This document shows, one piece after another, positions 1 through 13,029 of a DNA stretch of 60,000 bases. Position 1 is the first letter of the stretch. Each line of letters starts with the position of its first letter. A program made the position numbers and the translations under genes. A model generated the notes under the pieces. That model ran no database searches, was not told the origin of the DNA, and saw only the letters and a program-made list of their open reading frames with translations. Source of the DNA: Botryllus schlosseri (lineage: Eukaryota); the NCBI GenBank assembly GCA_051294905.1, contig CM119372.1:26786001-26846000 (forward strand), written 5' to 3'.

Positions 1-19
1 GCTTATTGAGGTATCTCTA

Positions 20-439
20 ATATTGCTTTCAAAACTATAGTCACTGCAGTGTAATTTATTGACTTGAAGGCATTTTGTATTCCCCTTATCAACAAGAGTT
101 AACGGCACAATAAGAAGCATATAGAAAAAGATACACATGAAATCCAAATTGGCAAAATTTGACGTAACAATGCAATAATAAAAAGGAATGGTAGCTGGCC
201 AAAGTCAGCTGTACCGGTACTCCGGTAGTCATAATAAAGGGGTAAGAGAGAATCAAATTATACAATACACAGAAGACGTTACACAGACAATTAGCGGTAT
301 ATATTATTGGAATATCTAAAGATTGTATACAAACTCTTTCTCCTTCTTATGGTGCCGTTAATTCTTGACAACGGAAACCCGAAAAGCCACTGAGGTAATA
401 AATTCTACTGCAATGAAAGTAGTTCTGAAAGCACTATTC
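20..439. repeat. Imperfect long inverted repeat (about 100-bp arms at 20-118 and 343-439); foldback/MITE-like relic
   Basis: The arm ...gagttaacggcacaataagaag matches the reverse complement of cttcttatggtgccgttaattc, and similarity extends outward to atattgctttcaaaacta / tagttctgaaagcactat. Confidence 0.55.
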
Positions 440-1667
440 AAGTTGAGTACCGCCAGTCACATATTTGAGGTATCTAAGCATTTTTATGACAGCTATTAAG
501 GCTACTAACATTTCAAAATAGGTATTTTGCGAATCACGCAGCCTAATTCTAAAATCGGAATTTGACGAAACTGGACCAGGACGGGGCCCATGCACTTTCG
601 GACCAAAAAGCTATTTTCTCCGTAAGGCTGCAATGACTTTGGTCCGAAAGTGAACGAGCCCCGTAGGTCTGTCAATTACATGTTCCGAAATCATATCGGA
701 AGTGGAAGAAAAAATTGAAAATTTTGACATTTCCGTGGATTTTCGACTTCTCAATCTAAAACTATAAGTCCGTAGACCAGGTTGACAATCTGTCAACGTG
801 TGTGCCGAATAAGTTACTTAAAATTCCTGTGCTCGCGGACTCACCCAGGACCTTCCGCGAACTCGGGGTTGAGAAACACCGCCATAGAAGGTTATAACTG
901 CCAAGAGACTTCTCAAATATGATATTATGACTCGAAACAGGGCAATAATTATGAGATGTAGTAAAAAATATTCGGTTCAATACCTTGTCAAATATAATCA
1001 CTTGCGATGGTGACAAGTGGCATATTATACATTGTTTCGCGATTTTGGCGTCTCGTACCATCTTTAAACCGACTTGAGCTTTGCTCAAAGGTACCTGAGC
1101 ATACATAAGCTAAATCAATACACAATAGCGCGGGCCGCAGGCCATCCAAACTTGTCACTACTTCAAAAGACAAACATTTTTTCTCTGCTGATCGAGAGAA
1201 GAATTCAATTCAGCACTTCTGGGTTGCCATATACCAGGGGTTCTCAACCCGCGGCACGCAGACGTTCCCTTTGCGGCCCGCGACATCTTTCATCATGAAC
1301 GCAATTACTACTGGCACAGTGTTGTTACGTATTAATTTAGCTACTTAGCTCTCTTATCGCATCGTCTCTGTTTCGTTTGATTGCTCATTGTTTGATGTGT
1401 TCTGGTTTCTTGATATATGCTCGAGTTAGATTGTTATTGTTTTGAATCGGTATCCGGCTGGACTCTGCGGTTCAAGAGTAGCCTATCTCGCTGCGTAGTA
1501 AACTTTTAAAGAGTGTTTCACTCACCCTAAATGGTTTAAAGTTTAAACAGAAACAAGAACAAGTAACGGGAAATTACACGGCAAAAACTGGGTTTGTAAC
1601 TCTGCGTGGAACAATGAATTTGCTTTCTCCCCAGTCAACAAAAGTTTGTACATTTAATGCCGAACCA

Positions 1668-1968
1668 GGTGAATAAAGTGCATGAGAGAAGTGACCGCAA
1701 CCGTTTTGACACTACAGCGAGGCGGCACCTTTGAGAGAGAGCCTGCACCGTCGAGATGCTTTGACGACGGATTTGCGATACGGACCTATGAGGTCATCTA
1801 GTCTGCGCCCCCGTTTTTTTTTCTCCTCCATGCTATCCGTGATTGCTGAGCGCCTAGCAGGATAGCTGCGGATACCAATTTTCGAGTCTTTGGTATGACC
1901 CGGCCGGAGATCGAACCCACGACTTACCGCTCGAGAAGCCGGACGCGTAACCATTACACTATCTCGCT
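1668..1968 (-). mobile_element. tRNA-derived SINE, probably with a Meta-type central domain
   Basis: Minus strand has A box TAGTGTAATGG and B box GGTTCGATCTC, followed by GGTCATACCAAAGACTCGAAAATTGGTATCCGCAGCTATCCTGCTAGGCGCTCAGCA, which resembles the MetaSINE domain as I recall it. The 3' end is approximate. Confidence 0.75.
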
Positions 1969-2208
1969 TGATGTACAAAAACTGATCGCTCTCGAATCCA
2001 GAAGCTCGATTGTTCTCCTTTCCATCGGTCGGCCAGGAGATTGGTGTCAGCGTTATTAACCAATCTAATTGCGCTTGATTATCACGCGGTTTCACCGTGA
2101 CGATTCTTCTGCCTAGCTTTGACAGGTTTGTGAGCACTTGAGCGTGGAGTGATTGTGATGTCATAAGTAATCGGATGTTGTTTACCGCTGCACACGTAGT
2201 TCGAATTA

Positions 2209-3131
2209 CACTCGTCGACATTTTTCAACTTTTTTTTCTTTTTCCGGAACGAATAATTGAGTTTACCTAATTTGACGATGCTGACTCCGAATTTGCCGTC
2301 AGAATTCACTCATCACATCACAATTTTTCGTAAAAATCGAATAAAAGTTTTACTAAAAAACGGCTGTATTAAGGACGCTTATACCCGTTTAGGTCCGTAT
2401 ATAATACGAAACACATCCTAGAAAGCTCTCAACTTACTTTATTGGATTTAAGGTGTTATTATCTTAAATTGAACCCTTCAAATAATCGGGATCCTTGGTA
2501 TTTCCAAGAAATTTAGATGCACCTTCAGTGAAAGAGAGTCATGTATTTTTCTCAAATCCGCCTTCCTAATAAGAAATAGGGGGTTTTGGTGAGTGTTCTG
2601 ATTTGAGGTCCTACAAATACACCATTTACTGCATTAACTCAAGTTAGGAAACCTTTCATGAATGTATTTAGAACATGCATTCGCTTTGATCAGAGCCTTT
2701 AAAATGGTATATAATAGTGGAATTACAACATTAGATCTGTCGATAAGAGCAAGCTCTGAAACATTTTATAGGCTGTTGTAAGATACTCCCTCAGCGGTCA
2801 CTTACCTTTAAGTCAATGATTTCTACTGTCCCATTCACACATAAAAGAATGACGCCTTGCGGTTCTAGACAGTTGAACCAGTAGCATATTTATGAATTCA
2901 AAATCAAAGGAAACATTACTGGTTTGAGTAGTGTGAGTACTATATTCCGAATTTGAAATCAAAAGTTTCATATTCTCATAGGAACCCTTAATGCCGGTTG
3001 TACCAGCTACAGGGATAGAAGCACATTGATTTGTATTGTGCGACAAAACAGCCTTTAGGCTTGATGCATAAATAAATAGGCGCAGTTCACAGTTCCCAAT
3101 GTCTCTATGAGACCTTGAACATCGACACATT
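2209..3131 (-). mobile_element. DNA transposon fragment (CACT(G/C)GTCGAC terminus) with degraded transposase; copy 1 of 2
   Basis: Inverted near-copy of 48435-50884. The ORF at 2813-3130 has RLFI..SSLKAVL.HN.N..ASIPVA...MCEWDSR motifs of a widespread metazoan transposase family; superfamily uncertain. Confidence 0.75.
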
Positions 3132-5411
3132 AAGCAACAACATAAGCGTCAGTATGTATGCCAGAAAGCAACAATGATTCAGGTAGCGATAGGGCTAATA
3201 GCGGTTGTAAGCTGCAGTAGCGAGAGGGTTAATGACGGCAACAACGGGCAAAAGTGGCAAAAGTGCGAAAATTGTATCTTTTGAAGCATCATTTTGACAT
3301 CGAATGCGCATGATACGCCGGGAGATCGCATCCCATTTTGTTGACTGGGCAGATCCAAATGGAGATCCGATGTGTAATATTTGTCGAAGAACAGTTGTCG
3401 TAACGAAGAGTAGATACCGCGACAGTTTCTTCTGGAGTCATACATATTGCCTGATCTTAGAACACGTTGCTAGCTAGGTGTCAAGCCCGGTAATCCATAT
3501 TTCGAGGCTTTCTTAATATCGCAGACGACGTTAAAGACTCATCGTCGAGCATTGCTTAGAATATCGCTAAATCCAAGAAATATGCTAGAGAAGCTGTGAT
3601 TTCAATAAAACTTTAACACACTGGGGAATATTCGTTGTTTCTGGCGCTTAGCAGCAAGGACAACAGCACCTGACAAATTTCGAAGCTACAGTTGTCTGAT
3701 ACAACCGTGGCCAAAAAAGTAACAGCAATGTCAGTCGATCTTTAATCGCATGTCCTGAAACACGTTGCCGCGTAGACTACTTTGGCCGCGTAGACTACTT
3801 TAGCCTCCTAGCATTGGACGAATCCACCGACTCCACAGACATTACATAGCTAATTATCTGGGTGCATTATCAGAGTGGACATATTTGCAGAGGAAATGAT
3901 GGCAGGGCAAATGTGATGAGGAGACCAGACATGGCGTAATCGCGATTAGTAATCGTAATCGATTACGACGATTACAGCATTTTGAAGTAATCGTAATCGC
4001 AATCGATTACATTCGAAAAAAATCCGAAGTAATCGTAATCGTAATCGACTACTTCCCATATCTAATCGATTTGTTTGTGAAAGAACGATTACTTTTTGTT
4101 TGTACAAGGACTATGACATAAACTGAATATTCGTGAACAAGAATGAGATAATATACCACGTTAGCGTTAGCACAAACGTCTGTTTTCAAACGCCACTGAC
4201 TCATTATTACGTCAGAAGTATTAGCTCCGCTCGTCATTGCGTAACAGGTATCCACACATAGTAAACAGACATGCGATGGACATTGTAGTGTGATTGTAAG
4301 AACACCTCCCGTGGTGTATATCAGGTTATCAATACACTACAGAAGCCGCTACCTTGCAGCAGGATATTGATCACCACACTGCGTATAGTTTCAAATAGTA
4401 ACTTATGTATTAATGTTTGGTTGTGCTTAGTTAAACGCAGTTTACCATTGCTGCTTGGCGAGCAGGAGGCCTACGTACGCACGTGCACCTGACGAAGATT
4501 CGGAATTTTGTACTCGTCGAATAAGACATTGCAGTTTCCACAACGAAGCATTACAAATAAACAGCTGCTGATATATATCATAACCTAGCCGTGCTTAGCC
4601 GTTTCTCGTAACAGTAGCTTGCTGTATATGTATTAAGTTGAAGGCAGAATTTTTATGTTAACCATATCTTATTCTCTTATTACTACTTGAAACGGCCGTC
4701 AATCGTTATTTCACAGTTCGTTACTTAGCATTTGGACCTACCGCCATAACCATCCGCTTATATAGCCTGACATGTTAGCGTGGGTTGTAGCTAGAATCAG
4801 CAATTCAGCCAATCCAACCGTTGGTCAATTTTCAAAAGTGAATTTCGTCAATAATATTGGTAATTGCATTATATTACTATTCATTTATAACCTCTCTGAG
4901 CCCCGAGTGTCAGATTTACCTGTAAAGCTGGGGCACGTAATTCATATTCATAGCATCTGGTATGTTGTTATAATTACTGTATGTTGTTAATTCGCGACCT
5001 CCAGTCCGTTGTATAATCACAAGATATTGTACTCGCCCAAACGTAGCAGACTAAAAGAATATCTTTTGTGAGACGCACACACAAATTGTCATGACTTAAT
5101 TCCTTTGTGGATGCGCCGGGTGACATTTGCATTGTGGGACCAGATTGGAAGGACAGGAGTTATTAGTCCCGCCCACTCAGCGCGGCTATTGCCAATGGAC
5201 GAATACCCTAAGTTTCGGCCAAGGTATTGCTTTGGTATGACATCCCGTGGAGTTGCGTGTTGGCCGAAACTGCTTATATGTTTTGATGTGTTGTGGGATC
5301 GTGGCGCGGTAATGACCGGCTACGAAATGCCTGTTTCCATAAAATATGGCCTATGTATGTTTTTTCTTGAGGGGAATAGGTATGCATTTCAAACCCAGCT
5401 ATCTACTGGAG

Positions 5412-6273
5412 CAGGGGTCACCAACTGTTTTGAAACAAAAAGCTACTTCTTGTGTAGTGTGTACTGATTATTGCGACGACCGACGGGTTACCACGTACTC
5501 CCGTCGTTTATCCATGTTCAGTTGGATTTCTTCACTTAGAGTAAGACAATCAGAGCACTGGACCGGGTTTCCGCCCCTTACCAAGAAAACAACGCTCACT
5601 CGCAGGGACTCACACCAGCTCCTGCAAGCTCAGTTGCGTTGCTGCAGTGCGCGCAGAAGCGCCGATCTCCGCGTCTAGACTCGGGGATATTAACTATATA
5701 GATTCCCGTTGAGCCGCCGCGTGGGCGAAGACAAGCAATGCCCCGAGCGACTGCGTTCGTATGTTCCTTGGCGTCGGCCGACCCATGTTCAACTGCTGCT
5801 CATATGAAACGAGCTTCAACTATCAAATCTCTCATTTGGATATTTGCTACAGCGCAGTGGTGGCCATACGAACGGAGGGGCCTGGGCGAGACTTACCGGG
5901 GGTCGCCCTATAAGTATCTATCCGTAACTTAAGGGGGGCTTCGCCCCCCAGACCCGTCTTTCGCATCTGTTATTATTATCAAGGTTTGGCCAGGTGCTGG
6001 ATTCGGCCATGTCTATTTTTCCTTGTGTGCAAAGATAGACGACATTAAACTAAGTAGCAGAGATTTGATGATGATTGACACATCTGTACGGAATCCTATT
6101 CTTGCCTTACACGGATTTCCATGTTTATTCGTTATTATCCTTGAAAAAAGCGCATAATCCAAATAGGGGAGCCCTTCGGCCAGCCCCCCAGGCGACCGCC
6201 CACCTCGCCCAACCCAAAAGCCACCACTACTACAGCGACCGCGACCGCATTTGGTCCGCGTTGGTGACCCCTG
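5412..6273. mobile_element. hAT (Buster-type) MITE nested in A1
   Basis: TIR CAGGGGTCACCAAC; TSD tactggag/tactagag; absent at the equivalent site of A2 and A3. Confidence 0.85.
5855..6229. mobile_element. hAT-like MITE nested in 5412-6273 (fourth nesting level)
   Basis: Ends CAGTGGTGGC...GCCACCACTA; perfect TSD ctacagcg (5847-5854 / 6230-6237). Confidence 0.8.
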
Positions 6274-7614
6274 TACTAGAGATATTTGAATCGCAAAGCT
6301 CGAAAAACATTTACGAGAATTAATTAAATTCTCGAAAATGCTCTATAATATATGTTGGTTTACGAAATACTTTTGAGTCCCCATCGAGCACGCTCCCCAT
6401 TCTATTAAGGAATTTGGGGCGCGGCAGGTAAAGACCTGGCAATAATGCAAATCGTTGGATGCGATAAATCATCCACTATAAAGTTGTGCAATTGATATAT
6501 TATGACGTAATAAGCAAATGACGCATGATGTATGAAGAAAGTTGATATCTCATTAAGCCTTTTCATCGCAATCCTTGTATTGCCTTCCCATAAATCATTT
6601 AAGATTATAGTCCTAAGCAAAACAAATGTAATCGTGAGTAATCGTGATTACTTTTTCAATGTAATCGTAATCGTAATCGACTACTTCCTGATTTTGCTGT
6701 AATCGTAATCGTAATCGTAATCGCGTGATTCCGAAGTAATCGTAATCGCAATTGATTACATTCATAAAGTAATCACCCCATGTCTGGAGGAGACCAGCAA
6801 AAAAACATCAACTTTACAAAACTGACTTTTGTAACTATTGCTGCCGGGCTCCAGCCATGGAAGGAAAGAGGAAGGTTGATTGGTTGCTCAGGAATGACCC
6901 CGAACGCCAGACCTGTTCCCAGATCACTGAGGGATCAAAGTGATAATTGCCTCTGTAACGAAAAAGTTACCATAATTTTATGCTTGCTCGCACACGCATT
7001 GAAACAAAGAGGTCGGTTTTCTGGTGGAAAGGTTTGAAGGTATATATACCGGCGACGAATGCAATGCACGCGCCATGAAGGGTTTTACTTGCGTCGCTGG
7101 AAGATACATATTCTCACACAAAAAAGCAGTAACTGCAAACTTACGAACGCTGTCCATTAATGCTGTAGAATGCATAAAAATGTACTAAATCCTCGTATAC
7201 GACTGGTAAATAGGCTACAGTAGCCTAAATTCAAGAGTGTGGTAGCCCATAAATGGCAATAATGCTCTGCGGCTCGCGGCGTCTTTTGCTGTTAAAATGT
7301 GGCCCCTTATACAAGGGAAGTTGAGAACCCCTGCCATATAGGCTAATGGGCTTCGCGAGAGTGGCATTCTACAATATTTGTCCTAATGTAGTATACTCGA
7401 AGTTCAACGTTGCAAGCCACTTCGATTTAAATCCTTGTCTCTTGGATTCAAAAGACATATTATACCTTGCAAATGCCATGACCTTCTAAGGAAAAATCAT
7501 ATTTATCCAAAAATGTGTGCCTCTCATAGGTGCTTGACAGACAGACCGTAATAGCATCAACTAAGAGCTACGCGAATTCACTCAGTTACTCATAATCCAC
7601 AGACATCTTCTGAT

Positions 7615-8047
7615 TTGGTTACCATATTTTGAGATTCAAAAAAGAGGACTTCTTTTCAAAAATTCTGAAAGCTCTGGGACAGGAAAAACTGGCGAGTTTG
7701 AAAACATTTCGACTAATATTACTGCGTTGACGAAAAAAAAAGATCATCACTTTGAATCGACTCCCGAACTGCCCGCATTCTTACGTTGATGTGTGGTGTT
7801 GACCAAAAAAAGTTCATCTTTCCCAACTCTACTACCGAACCACCCGTTGCGCCGTATTTTTCGTTGTTGGCCTCGCCATCTCTGACGTTCGTTGCGTCAG
7901 AGTCAAGTTTGTGATCGCATTTTAATACTTTTCCTAGAAGAGAGGACAAATTCAAGAAAATAGGACACTTAGGCGTCCTCCGAGGGCACTTTTAATTTAT
8001 TGAAAAAGAGGACAAATCCTCTTAAAAGGGGACGTATGGTAACTCTA
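7615..8047 (-). mobile_element. hAT (Blackjack-like) MITE, family B
   Basis: GGTTACCATA-type TIRs, GAGGAC subterminal motifs, TSD cttctgat; inverted homolog of 12070-12403. Confidence 0.8.
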
Positions 8048-8793
8048 CTTCTGATCGGTGTAAGGTCCAGTATCAGTCAAAATCTAGCATTGATGTATGG
8101 ACGGTACGACGCAACTATGACATTTACATCGTGATAAATTAGGATTATTGCCGTTGTTAGAACTTAGAAGTTTATGCACAAATTAAACTCATTCAGAGTT
8201 CAAGAAAAATCCTTTCTCTCCGGCGGATCCGCGCCCTCTTAAGATGCACATCCTCCCCCAGTTTGAGAACCACTGGTTCGCACAATTAAAACCTTATGGG
8301 TTCATGCTAAACAAAGTAATTGACCGCATTATTGCAGTACCCGATTATCTCTCGGCCTCTTTGAGCATTCCAAGTGGAAAACATAGCGATATGCTGGCAA
8401 ACTTTTCGCAAACTCGATTATTATAATTTTGCCTATCGCCGGTAAAATATTGCAAATCGACTTGTGAACTTATTAACCTATGGTTAATCCGTATCGCAAT
8501 TGCATAAATGTCCACAAATGTCGACATCTTTAAATAGCTCACTCGATCCCATAACAATAATGCTGTATTTGATCCAAGCCCAAGTAAGGAAATAGAAGAT
8601 ATTATAATAGATATATAGATACCAAAATAGCTAAAATATGTATATGGTACTTGCTACCATTATACATAATAATTTTTACGAAATATTCAATGGAAAATTT
8701 TTTCGCGCTCGGTGGGATTTGCTTCCGGTTTATTCTTTTTGCTCTGTGTACAGTCAAGATTCCATATTTGAGAAGTATCACAACAGTGATAAC

Positions 8794-9327
8794 TAGGGAA
8801 AATTTTTGCAACTTTTGCAACTCTTTTTTATTGCTTCCGGCAGCTTCCTAAATACTCATAAGTTATGTGGTATGGTGTTTTAAGCTGTTTGGATGAATCT
8901 TATATTGCAACTTTTTGCAACTGTTCTCCATTTTTGTAATGCCACGTTTTCGATTTTTTATGAATCTTTTTGCAACTTTTTTCGATTTTTCATACAACCA
9001 ACTTTTTACTGGAAATATTTTGCACTAAATGTGAATAGATGGCTTGATTATTTCACTGTCGTTTTTGAGGTCCTTTCTGATTTGACGTACATTCAGGCTA
9101 GATTGCCGAAAATTATTTTTTTCACCGGGTCAAATTTTTCATGCTATTGATTTTGTTCTAGTCGCTAACACTGAGTTTTGTTAGAGTGTTTGGATGTGGA
9201 TCGATTCTAGTATCTTATACCCTAATAATTTCAAGGAAATTGTCCATAAATGCAACTGTTTAGTGCAACTTTTGTAAAAAATAAGTACAACTTTCCACGG
9301 ATCTGACTGCAACAAAAACTTGCCCTA
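8794..9327. mobile_element. hAT MITE with TGCAAC subterminal repeats
   Basis: Ends TAGGGAAAATTTTTG...CAAAAACTTGCCCTA; perfect TSD gtgataac. Confidence 0.82.
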
Positions 9328-9552
9328 GTGATAACCTTCCATGGTATCAAACTGTGCGTTGGTATTGCAAGCATTCTGGTGGCTCTTTATAATATTTTTT
9401 ATTATGACGATAAGGAGGGCGCGAAATGTTTCACTGTCATCAAGTGGCATGTGTAAAAAAAGTTCGAGAACCACTGTTTTATGACAACATTTGCCTCCCA
9501 AAGCAGTGATCAATCCTGTGGAACTAATCCAACGCGCGAACAAAACGCACCT

Positions 9553-9605
9553 CTGACGAGTGTCACCCGAAAATATTCGTGCTCTATTCAATATGAATGT
9601 ACTAT
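9553..9605 (+). mobile_element. Diverged fragment of the Penelope-like hammerhead repeat
   Basis: ctgacgagtgtcacccgaaaatattcgtgctc..caatatgaatgtactat matches the 17273-17345 unit; stem I is degraded. Confidence 0.7.
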
Positions 9606-10285
9606 ACAGAACGCATTGGCAATTATCTCACCATGAATAATTATTATCTTATTCGCACCACATACGCCATTATCTTGCGGCACCTTAGAGCTAGAGGGTG
9701 GTTCGTATCTGGTTCGTGTGAACGCGAACCTTTTTGAAAGGTTCTGTGTGATCGCGAACGTGAACCTATGACGTCACATGACGTCATATTTCTAATTCCA
9801 ACCATCTATTTCCGTGAAATCGACGACTCGGGCCATATTATGCCACAATGCTGAAGTGCATGCTGGCTTTTTAAACGTCACCCAATGTATCAACTGGAAC
9901 AATCAAATGCGGTATCAATTCCACAAAATCAATATCTTCCGTTGCTAATCTAAAATTTCGACGACGACTGGGTTAGACCGCATAGACAGGGTTGCGATAC
10001 CGTCCTTATTTCTAAGATTTGTCCTTATTTTGAAGAGCCACGTCTTAAAAAACTCAACTGTCCTTATTTCTAAGATTTGTCCTTATTTTTGACTTGCGTC
10101 CTTATTTTGTCTTAATTTCAACCACTACAGAACTTCGATCATTTCCCTCTGGTATATCTCTGTTGCATAATATTCTAAAATTATGCTTTTATGTCCAGAG
10201 TTTATGACTTCATAAATGAAAGGAACTCCCGTGGCGTACGCGTATCTGGATTTAACTTCGAAGTGGTGCGATAGCTTAGCAAGGG

Positions 10286-12403
10286 TAGGGTTACCATCAG
10301 ACATGGGGTAATCGCGATTAGTAATCGTAATCGATTACGACGATTACAGAATTTTCGAGTAATCGTAATCGCAATCGATTACATTCGAGAAAATTACGAA
10401 GTAATCGTAATCGTAATCGACTACTTCCCATATTTAATCGATTTCTTTGTGAAAGAACGATTACTTTTTATTTGTACAAGACTATGACATAAACTGAACA
10501 TTGGTGAACAAGGAAGAGGGATTATGCCAGTTAGTGATAGCACAAACGTCAGATTTCCAAATGCCACTGCTCATTATTACGTCAGAAGTGGCCAATTAGC
10601 TTGCTCGTCATTGCGTAGGAAGTATCCAATTATCCTACTAGTGAATAGAGATATTCTATGTACATTGTACATTAGTGTGAGTGTAAGAACACTCACCGTG
10701 CTGTAGATAAGGATAAGCAGCAGGATCACCACTTCGCCTAGTTTAATATAGTAACTTTTGTAATGATGTTTTGTTATGCTTAGTTAAACGCAGTTTGACC
10801 GTTGCTGCTTGGCGAGCAGTAGGCCTATGTAGTACAAACGTACACCGGACAATGGTTTGCAATTTTGTGGCCTAATCGTCATATAAAACATTACGGTTTC
10901 CACGACGAAGCATTAAAAATCAACAGCTGCTGATTTATATCATAACCGAGCCGTTTCTCGTATAATGACCCCTTGCATTACATTATCTGTATCAAGTTGC
11001 AGGCAGAATTTGAAGTACACTTTCTCTTATTCTCATATGGTTCTGCTTGAAACGGGCGCCAAACGTTATTTCACAATTCTTTACCCAACATTTGGACCTG
11101 CCGTCATAGCCATCGGCTTATATACAATGTTATCGTGGCTTGTAGCTAGAATCTGGACAAAAACATTAAATCGTCCCCCACTCCAAACGTTGGTCTTGGG
11201 CCCCCATAGGGTAATTAATTTTCAAGTTGAAGATTTAATTCCGTCAATAATATTGGTAATTTTATTATATTACGATTCATTTTTAATTCTCTCTCAGCTT
11301 CCGATGGTCAGATTTACCTGAAGAGCTGGGAGCACGTAATTCATATTTATAACATCTGGTATGTTGTAATAATTACTATTTAGGGTATGTTGTTAATTCG
11401 TGACCTCCGGTCTTTTATATAATCGAAAGATATTGTTGTGGCCAAAATGTAGCAGACTAAAAGAAATACTTGCGTAAGACGCACCTAAACGCCTGTTACT
11501 ATAAATTATGCGTGATTTTTTTTCTTAAGTAGGAGACGTAGCCTATGTATTCCAAAATCAAGCTATCTAGAGACATTCAAATCGCAAAGCTCGAAGATCA
11601 TTTCCAAGTTAATGAAATCTCTCGAAAATACTCTATAATTTATGTTGGTTTACGAAATACTTTTGAGTAGCCTACCCTCCAACCACGCTCCATATCCTAT
11701 TGGGGAATTTGGGGTGAGGCAGTTATGGACCTGGCAAGAATGCAAAACGTTGTGTGCGATAAACCGTCCTCTACAAAATGGGCAATGGGTACTTTATGAC
11801 GTAACGAGCAAATGTCGAATCTTTTTTAAATAAAGTTGTTATCTCATTAGGCCTTTCCAGCGCAATCCATATATTGTCATCCAATATAACTTCTAAGAAG
11901 CAAAATAAATGTAATCGTGAGTAATCGTGATTACTTTTCGAATGTAATCGTAATCGTAATCGACTACTTCCTGATTTTGCTGTAATCGTAATCGTAATCG
12001 TAATCGCGTCATTCAGAAGTAATCGTAATCGCAATCGATTACATTCACGAAGTAATCACCCCATGTCTGGTTACCATACGTCCTCTCTTAATAGGATTTG
12101 TCCTCTTTTTTGAAAGTGCCCTCTGACGACGCCTTTATGTCATCTTCTTTGAGATTTCGCCTCTTTTTTGAGAATTTCGGTTAAATATAGGGAAAATACG
12201 ACTGAGACACAGTAAATGACCACTGAAGTAACGCTCCGGCGGCTATTTCGGGAGCTGAGCCGGAAAGTTGACCTTATTTATTCAGTCAACCGACCACGAA
12301 GTGGGAAAAATTTATCATTTTTCAGGGCTTTCCTTCGGTATTGCAAGTCTGAAAATTTTGAAAAAGTGTCCTCTTTTCAGATTTCCGAAATATGGTAACC
12401 CTA
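10286..12403 (+). mobile_element. hAT MITE family B, split by insertion of A2 into its left TIR
   Basis: TAGGGTTACCAT[A2]...ATGGTAACCCTA; TSD agcaaggg/tgctaggg (6/8); homolog at 7615-8047. Confidence 0.8.
10298..12069 (+). mobile_element. Non-autonomous hAT element, (GTAATC)n family, copy A2
   Basis: TIR CAGACATGGGGT; perfect TSD gttaccat (10290-10297 / 12070-12077). Confidence 0.93.
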
Positions 12404-12784
12404 TGCTAGGGCAGTGAGTGGTGTAGCCACTTCGGCTGTACCAAGCTATCGCAGCGGACGTAATTGTAACTGTAAAAAGCATTACCAGGTTTCTGCTGTT
12501 TAGTCCAAAGCAGAATAACCTGCAGGGAAGGCAGCATTTATTGCGTACTTAAAAAGGGCATCGACACTAGGGTTAAAATGTGAAGCTAAGAAAAATTATC
12601 AATTTACCTAAATTATATTGTACATATAGTGTTAGTTATTAATAAGGCTAAATCTGGTAGTTAAATGAGCAGGCGTAAAAATGCTTATCGTAACGATAAT
12701 GAGAGAGTATTCAAAGGTATCAAACGAAGCTTGAAGGGCGAGTGCTTCGCACATTGCGATTGTGACATTACCCCGGAGCTTGAG

Positions 12785-13029
12785 TGTTGTACCCGTTGAT
12801 AGAACTCAATGCGATCGGTTACTAGGATTTTATTAACGTAAACTTAAAGCTAGTGTATCTGAATACAATACGGCAATAAAACAGAGTTAACGCAGGTACA
12901 ACAAACAGAGACGATACCGCACCCAGCTATCAGTATGAACTTAATAGTCAAGACGTAAAGGCAATCAGAAAGCAATCAGCATATACACCATCTAGTGGTC
13001 AAAAGGTACTGAATCACCAGTTTACCACA
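12785..13029 (-). mobile_element. Solo LTR (245 bp) inserted in the hAT transposase remnant
   Basis: TGTTGTA...TACCACA termini; 5-bp TSD ttgag (12780-12784 / 13030-13034); AATAAA near the 3' end of the minus strand; the transposase reading joins up when it is removed. Confidence 0.8.

Larger units (their letters stand above)
3926..6786 (+). mobile_element. Non-autonomous hAT element, (GTAATC)n family, copy A1
   Basis: TIR CAGACATGG; perfect TSD gaggagac (3918-3925 / 6787-6794); GTAATC/GATTAC arrays at both ends; homologous to 10298-12069 and 14813-16713. Confidence 0.92.
1235..7333 (+). mobile_element. Decayed hAT (Buster/Charlie-type) DNA transposon hosting several nested insertions
   Basis: TIR CAGGGGTTCTCAAC at both ends; 8-bp TSD ccatatac/ccatatag. 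Plus-strand transposase remnants: LQLSDTTVAKKVTAMS (~3685-3735), LALDESTDSTDIT (~3808-3846) and a frameshifted TDGAPAM-like motif (~6830-6860). Confidence 0.85.

Noticed and set aside
497..1067. Kolobok-like TTAA-flanked MITE with an internal hairpin (~582-662)
   Set aside because: The hairpin is real but the putative termini barely match, so boundaries and class cannot be supported.
1890..1968. Functional tRNA gene
   Set aside because: A and B boxes are present, but there is no proper acceptor stem and it runs into a SINE body; the same applies to 56727-56800.
3937..4050. (GTAATC)n and (GGATTA)n tracts as telomeric or interstitial telomeric repeats
   Set aside because: They are confined to the subterminal regions of TIR/TSD-bounded elements (also 6628-6775, 10308-10420, 59423-59535).
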